Source of the DNA: Geminicoccaceae bacterium
GTDB taxonomy: Bacteria > Pseudomonadota > Alphaproteobacteria > Geminicoccales > Geminicoccaceae
Direction of reading: 5' to 3'
DNA: 64,000 nt
Assembly (NCBI GenBank): GCA_020638495.1
Contig: JACKIN010000003.1
Coordinates: forward strand, 127,997 to 191,996
Part shown: in pieces, positions 61,561 to 64,000 of the stretch
Layout: each line of letters opens with the position of its first letter
How positions within the stretch are numbered: the first letter of the stretch is position 1
Program-made: the position numbers and the translations under genes
Notes under the pieces: model-generated
Database searches by the model: none
Seen by the model: the letters and a program-made list of their open reading frames with translations, nothing else
What the model was told of the DNA's origin: nothing

Positions 61561-63048
61561 GTGCTCGCCTTGAACGTGCTCCTGATTTCGGCCGATCAGT
61601 GGCGGGCCGACTGTCTCGGCTGCGAGGCCGGCTTGCCGGTGCGCACCCCGGCGATCGACGCCTTCGCAGGCGACGCTGTGCGCTTCCGCCGGCACTTCGC
61701 GCAGGCGACGCCCTGCGGGCCGTCGCGCGCCTCGCTGCTGACCGGCCTCTACGCCTTCAACCACCGCTCCATCGGCAACGGCACACCGCTCGACGCCCGA
61801 CACCTCACCCTGGCCCAGATCGCCCGCCGGCACGGCATGCGGCCGCTGCTCTTCGGCTACAGCGACACCAGCATCGATCCGCGCAGCGTCCCCGCCGGCG
61901 ATCCGCGCCTCCTGACCTACGAGGGGGTCGCACCCGGCTTCGAGCCTGCCTGCATGCTGCTGGAAGATGGCGAGCCCTGGCTCGAGCATCTGGCGGAGCG
62001 CGGCTACGGCCGCCTCACGGTCGACGAGGTCTACGCGACGCCGCTCGGCGCACCTGCCCTCTTCGCCGGCGAGGACAGCGAGACCGCCTTCCTCACCGAC
62101 CGTTTTTTGGACTTCCTCGACCGGCCGGGAAGCGATCCCTGGTTCGCCCACCTCTCCTACATCAAGCCGCACCCGCCCTGGGTCGCCGCTGCACCTTACA
62201 ATTCGATGTACGAGCGGAGCGGCCTGCCGGGGCCACGGCGGGCACCGACGATCGCCGATGAGGCCGCCCGTCACCCCTACCTCGCCTGGCTGCTGGACCA
62301 GAAATTCAGCGGCTGGATGGGGCGGACATTCGACCGGCCGGCGGCGCTCGACGAGGCCGTCGTGGCCGAGCTCCGCGCGGTCTATCTCGGCCTCGTCAGC
62401 GAGCTCGATCATCAGCTCGGCCGGGTCCTCCAGGCGCTGGCGCGAACCGGGCTCCTGGAGCGCACGCTCGTCCTGCTGACCGCCGATCACGGCGAGATGC
62501 TCGGCGACCACTGGCTGCTCGGCAAGAACGGCTTCTGGCCGGAGGCCTTCCATGTCCCGCTCATCGTCCGCCACCCCACCCGCCAGCGACCCGGCCACGT
62601 CGTCGACGCCTTCAGCGAGCATGTCGACCTGATGCCGACGATCCTGGGCGCCCTCGGCCTGCCGATCCCGCGCCAGTGCGACGGCCACGACCTGTCGGAA
62701 TTCCTTACAGGTCAAAATCCGGCGAACTGGCGCCGGGCCGCGGTCTACGAGCACGATTTTCGCGACCTCGAGCACGGCCGGCATCGCCAGCTCGCGGGTG
62801 TCGACGACAACGCCGCCTGCCTCGTCGCCCGGCGTTCGGCCGACCGGCTCTACGTGCAGTTCGCCGGTCTCGAGGCCGGCTGCTGGGGCGAGGCTGCGGG
62901 CGGCGGACGAACACCGCAGACGGATCCGGCGGTGCTCCTGGACGAGGCGCAGGCCTTGCTCCGGCATCGCCTGACCAAAGCGGAGCGGCGACTGACCGGC
63001 TGCCTGCTCACGCCCGAGGGTGTCCTCGGCGGCTACGACCCGCTTTGA
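61561..63048 (+). CDS. cytoplasmic alkaline-phosphatase-superfamily sulfatase-like hydrolase, phosphonate monoester hydrolase (PMH)-like, with a formylglycine CxPxR motif
   Basis: NVLLISADQWRAD, TPCGPSRASLLTGLY (CxPxR), LSYIKPHPPWVAAAPYNSMY, LLTADHGEMLGDHWLLGK, and MPTILGALGLPIPRQCDGHDLSEFL are colinear with my recollection of Rhizobium/Burkholderia PMH. There is no signal peptide. The start is GTG at 61561. Confidence 0.8.
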   Translation: MLALNVLLISADQWRADCLGCEAGLPVRTPAIDAFAGDAVRFRRHFAQATPCGPSRASLLTGLYAFNHRSIGNGTPLDARHLTLAQIARRHGMRPLLFGYSDTSIDPRSVPAGDPRLLTYEGVAPGFEPACMLLEDGEPWLEHLAERGYGRLTVDEVYATPLGAPALFAGEDSETAFLTDRFLDFLDRPGSDPWFAHLSYIKPHPPWVAAAPYNSMYERSGLPGPRRAPTIADEAARHPYLAWLLDQKFSGWMGRTFDRPAALDEAVVAELRAVYLGLVSELDHQLGRVLQALARTGLLERTLVLLTADHGEMLGDHWLLGKNGFWPEAFHVPLIVRHPTRQRPGHVVDAFSEHVDLMPTILGALGLPIPRQCDGHDLSEFLTGQNPANWRRAAVYEHDFRDLEHGRHRQLAGVDDNAACLVARRSADRLYVQFAGLEAGCWGEAAGGGRTPQTDPAVLLDEAQALLRHRLTKAERRLTGCLLTPEGVLGGYDPL

Positions 63049-63779
63049 GGCGCCGCTTTCAGGGCGGCCGCACGATAGCGGCAGAGATGGGCGATGGCGC
63101 AGCTCGGGCAGTCGGGGTTGCGCGCCTTGCAGACATAGCGGCCATGCAGGATGAGCCAGTGATGCGCCCCCTTGCGGTAGGGCTCGGGCACGACCCGCTC
63201 GAGCACCGTCTCGACCTCGAGCGGTGTCCTGCCCGGGGCGAGGCCGGTCCGGTTGGCGACCCGGAAGATATGCGTGTCGACGGCGATGGTGGCCTCGCCG
63301 AAGGCCTCGTTGAGCACGACATTGGCGGTCTTGCGCCCCACGCCGGGCAGCGCCTCGAGAGCCGCCCGGTCGTTCGGCACTTGGCCGCCATGCCGCTCGA
63401 GGAGCAGGCGGCTGAGCTCGATCACGTTCCTCGCCTTGTTGCGGTAGAGACCGATCGTCCTGATCGATTCCCGCACCGCCTCTTCGCCGAGCTCCAGCAT
63501 GGCGGCGGGTGTGTCGGCCCTGGCGAAGAGCCGCGCCGTCGCCTTGTTGACGCCCACATCCGTCGCCTGGGCGGAGAGGACGACGGCGACCAGGAGCGTG
63601 AACGGATCGGCGTAGTGAAGCTCGGTCGCGGGCGCCGGCCGGTCGCGCGCCAGGGTGGCGAAAAGCTCCAGGATGGCGGCCCGGCCGAGCCGCGAGCGAG
63701 CGGCAGGCCGGGGCTTCGGCCGGCCGGTGGGCGGGCGGCCGCCTCGCGCGCTCTTGGCGTTGCCGGGCTGGCGCTGCAT
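63033..63779 (-). CDS. nth: endonuclease III
   Basis: FTLLVAVVLSAQATDVGVN, the HhH-GPD element LPGVGRKTANVVL, VDTHIFRV, and the [4Fe-4S] motif CKARNPDCPSCAIAHLC. It has a basic N-terminal extension. Confidence 0.93.
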   Translation of the reverse strand: MQRQPGNAKSARGGRPPTGRPKPRPAARSRLGRAAILELFATLARDRPAPATELHYADPFTLLVAVVLSAQATDVGVNKATARLFARADTPAAMLELGEEAVRESIRTIGLYRNKARNVIELSRLLLERHGGQVPNDRAALEALPGVGRKTANVVLNEAFGEATIAVDTHIFRVANRTGLAPGRTPLEVETVLERVVPEPYRKGAHHWLILHGRYVCKARNPDCPSCAIAHLCRYRAAALKAAPQSGS

Positions 63780-63806
63780 ATTTCCCCTGATGACGAAAGA
63801 TGGACG

Positions 63807-64000
63807 ATGACCGACGACGCATCCGCGGGGACGGGTCCGGCCGCCTTCGAGGCGGTGCTCTATCCCAACCAGCCGCCGCCGACCAGCAGCCTCGTGCTCC
63901 TGGTCGTGGCGGTGGCCAGCGTGGCGGTGGGCATGAGCATCGGCTTCTACCTCGCCGGGGCCTGGCCGGTTTCCGGCTTCGTCGGGCTCGAGCTCGGCCT
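63807..64000 (+). CDS. DUF2244-like integral membrane protein (partial; 3' end lies beyond the window)
   Basis: My own translation: MTDDASAGTGPAAFEAVLYPNQPPPTSSLVLLVVAVASVAVGMSIGFYLAGAWPVSGFVGLELG. It is not in the ORF track because it runs off the window. The pattern resembles DUF2244 proteins often found next to nth in alphaproteobacteria (from memory). Confidence 0.55.
   Translation, partial: MTDDASAGTGPAAFEAVLYPNQPPPTSSLVLLVVAVASVAVGMSIGFYLAGAWPVSGFVGLELG

Noticed and set aside
63033-63048. Two convergent gene pairs (mtnK/endolysin-like at 6733-6748 and sulfatase-like/nth at 63033-63048) both overlap by exactly 16 nt
   Set aside because: The overlapping sequences are unrelated (TCAGGCGGCGGCGTAG versus CTACGACCCGCTTTGA). 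The equal length looks like coincidence.

Overview
Visibly very GC-rich DNA whose gene content and order match a core chromosomal segment of an alphaproteobacterium. I cannot place it more precisely without a database search. About 60 protein-coding genes fill almost all of the window. The main blocks are: rpmG; methionine salvage genes mtnK and mtnA; rpoH; uvrC-moaDE; a contiguous ccmDEFGHI cytochrome c maturation operon; glnD-murJ-trpS; nfu-tsaB-rimI; mucR; miaB-phoH-ybeY-corC-lnt; metK-trmB; rimP-nusA-ylxR-infB-rbfA-truB-rpsO-pnp; irr; ugpBAEC; cspA-infA-ychF; a ThuEFGK-like sugar ABC operon; a cytoplasmic sulfatase/PMH-like hydrolase; and nth. I found no rRNA or tRNA genes, CRISPR arrays, transposases, integrases or prophage blocks. 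Most long ORFs in the six-frame track are antisense shadows typical of high-GC DNA. I did not find a convincing new multi-gene system, and the window is mostly ordinary housekeeping DNA. The best second-look items are: (1) a phage-endolysin-like gene with no signal peptide, lying antisense between mtnK and mtnA; (2) a translationally coupled yeeE/yedE - TIGR02186 (Alph_Pro_TM) - usp module preceded by a repeat-rich structured leader; (3) a Pcm methyltransferase homologue with an apparent Sec signal peptide; (4) several non-coding oddities, namely a palindrome-containing promoter in a long miaB leader, strong intercistronic hairpins in two ABC operons, GANTC sites around the mucR promoter, and nested hairpins before the rpoH ribosome-binding site. 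All family assignments come from reading the translations and recalling motifs. None was checked against a database.
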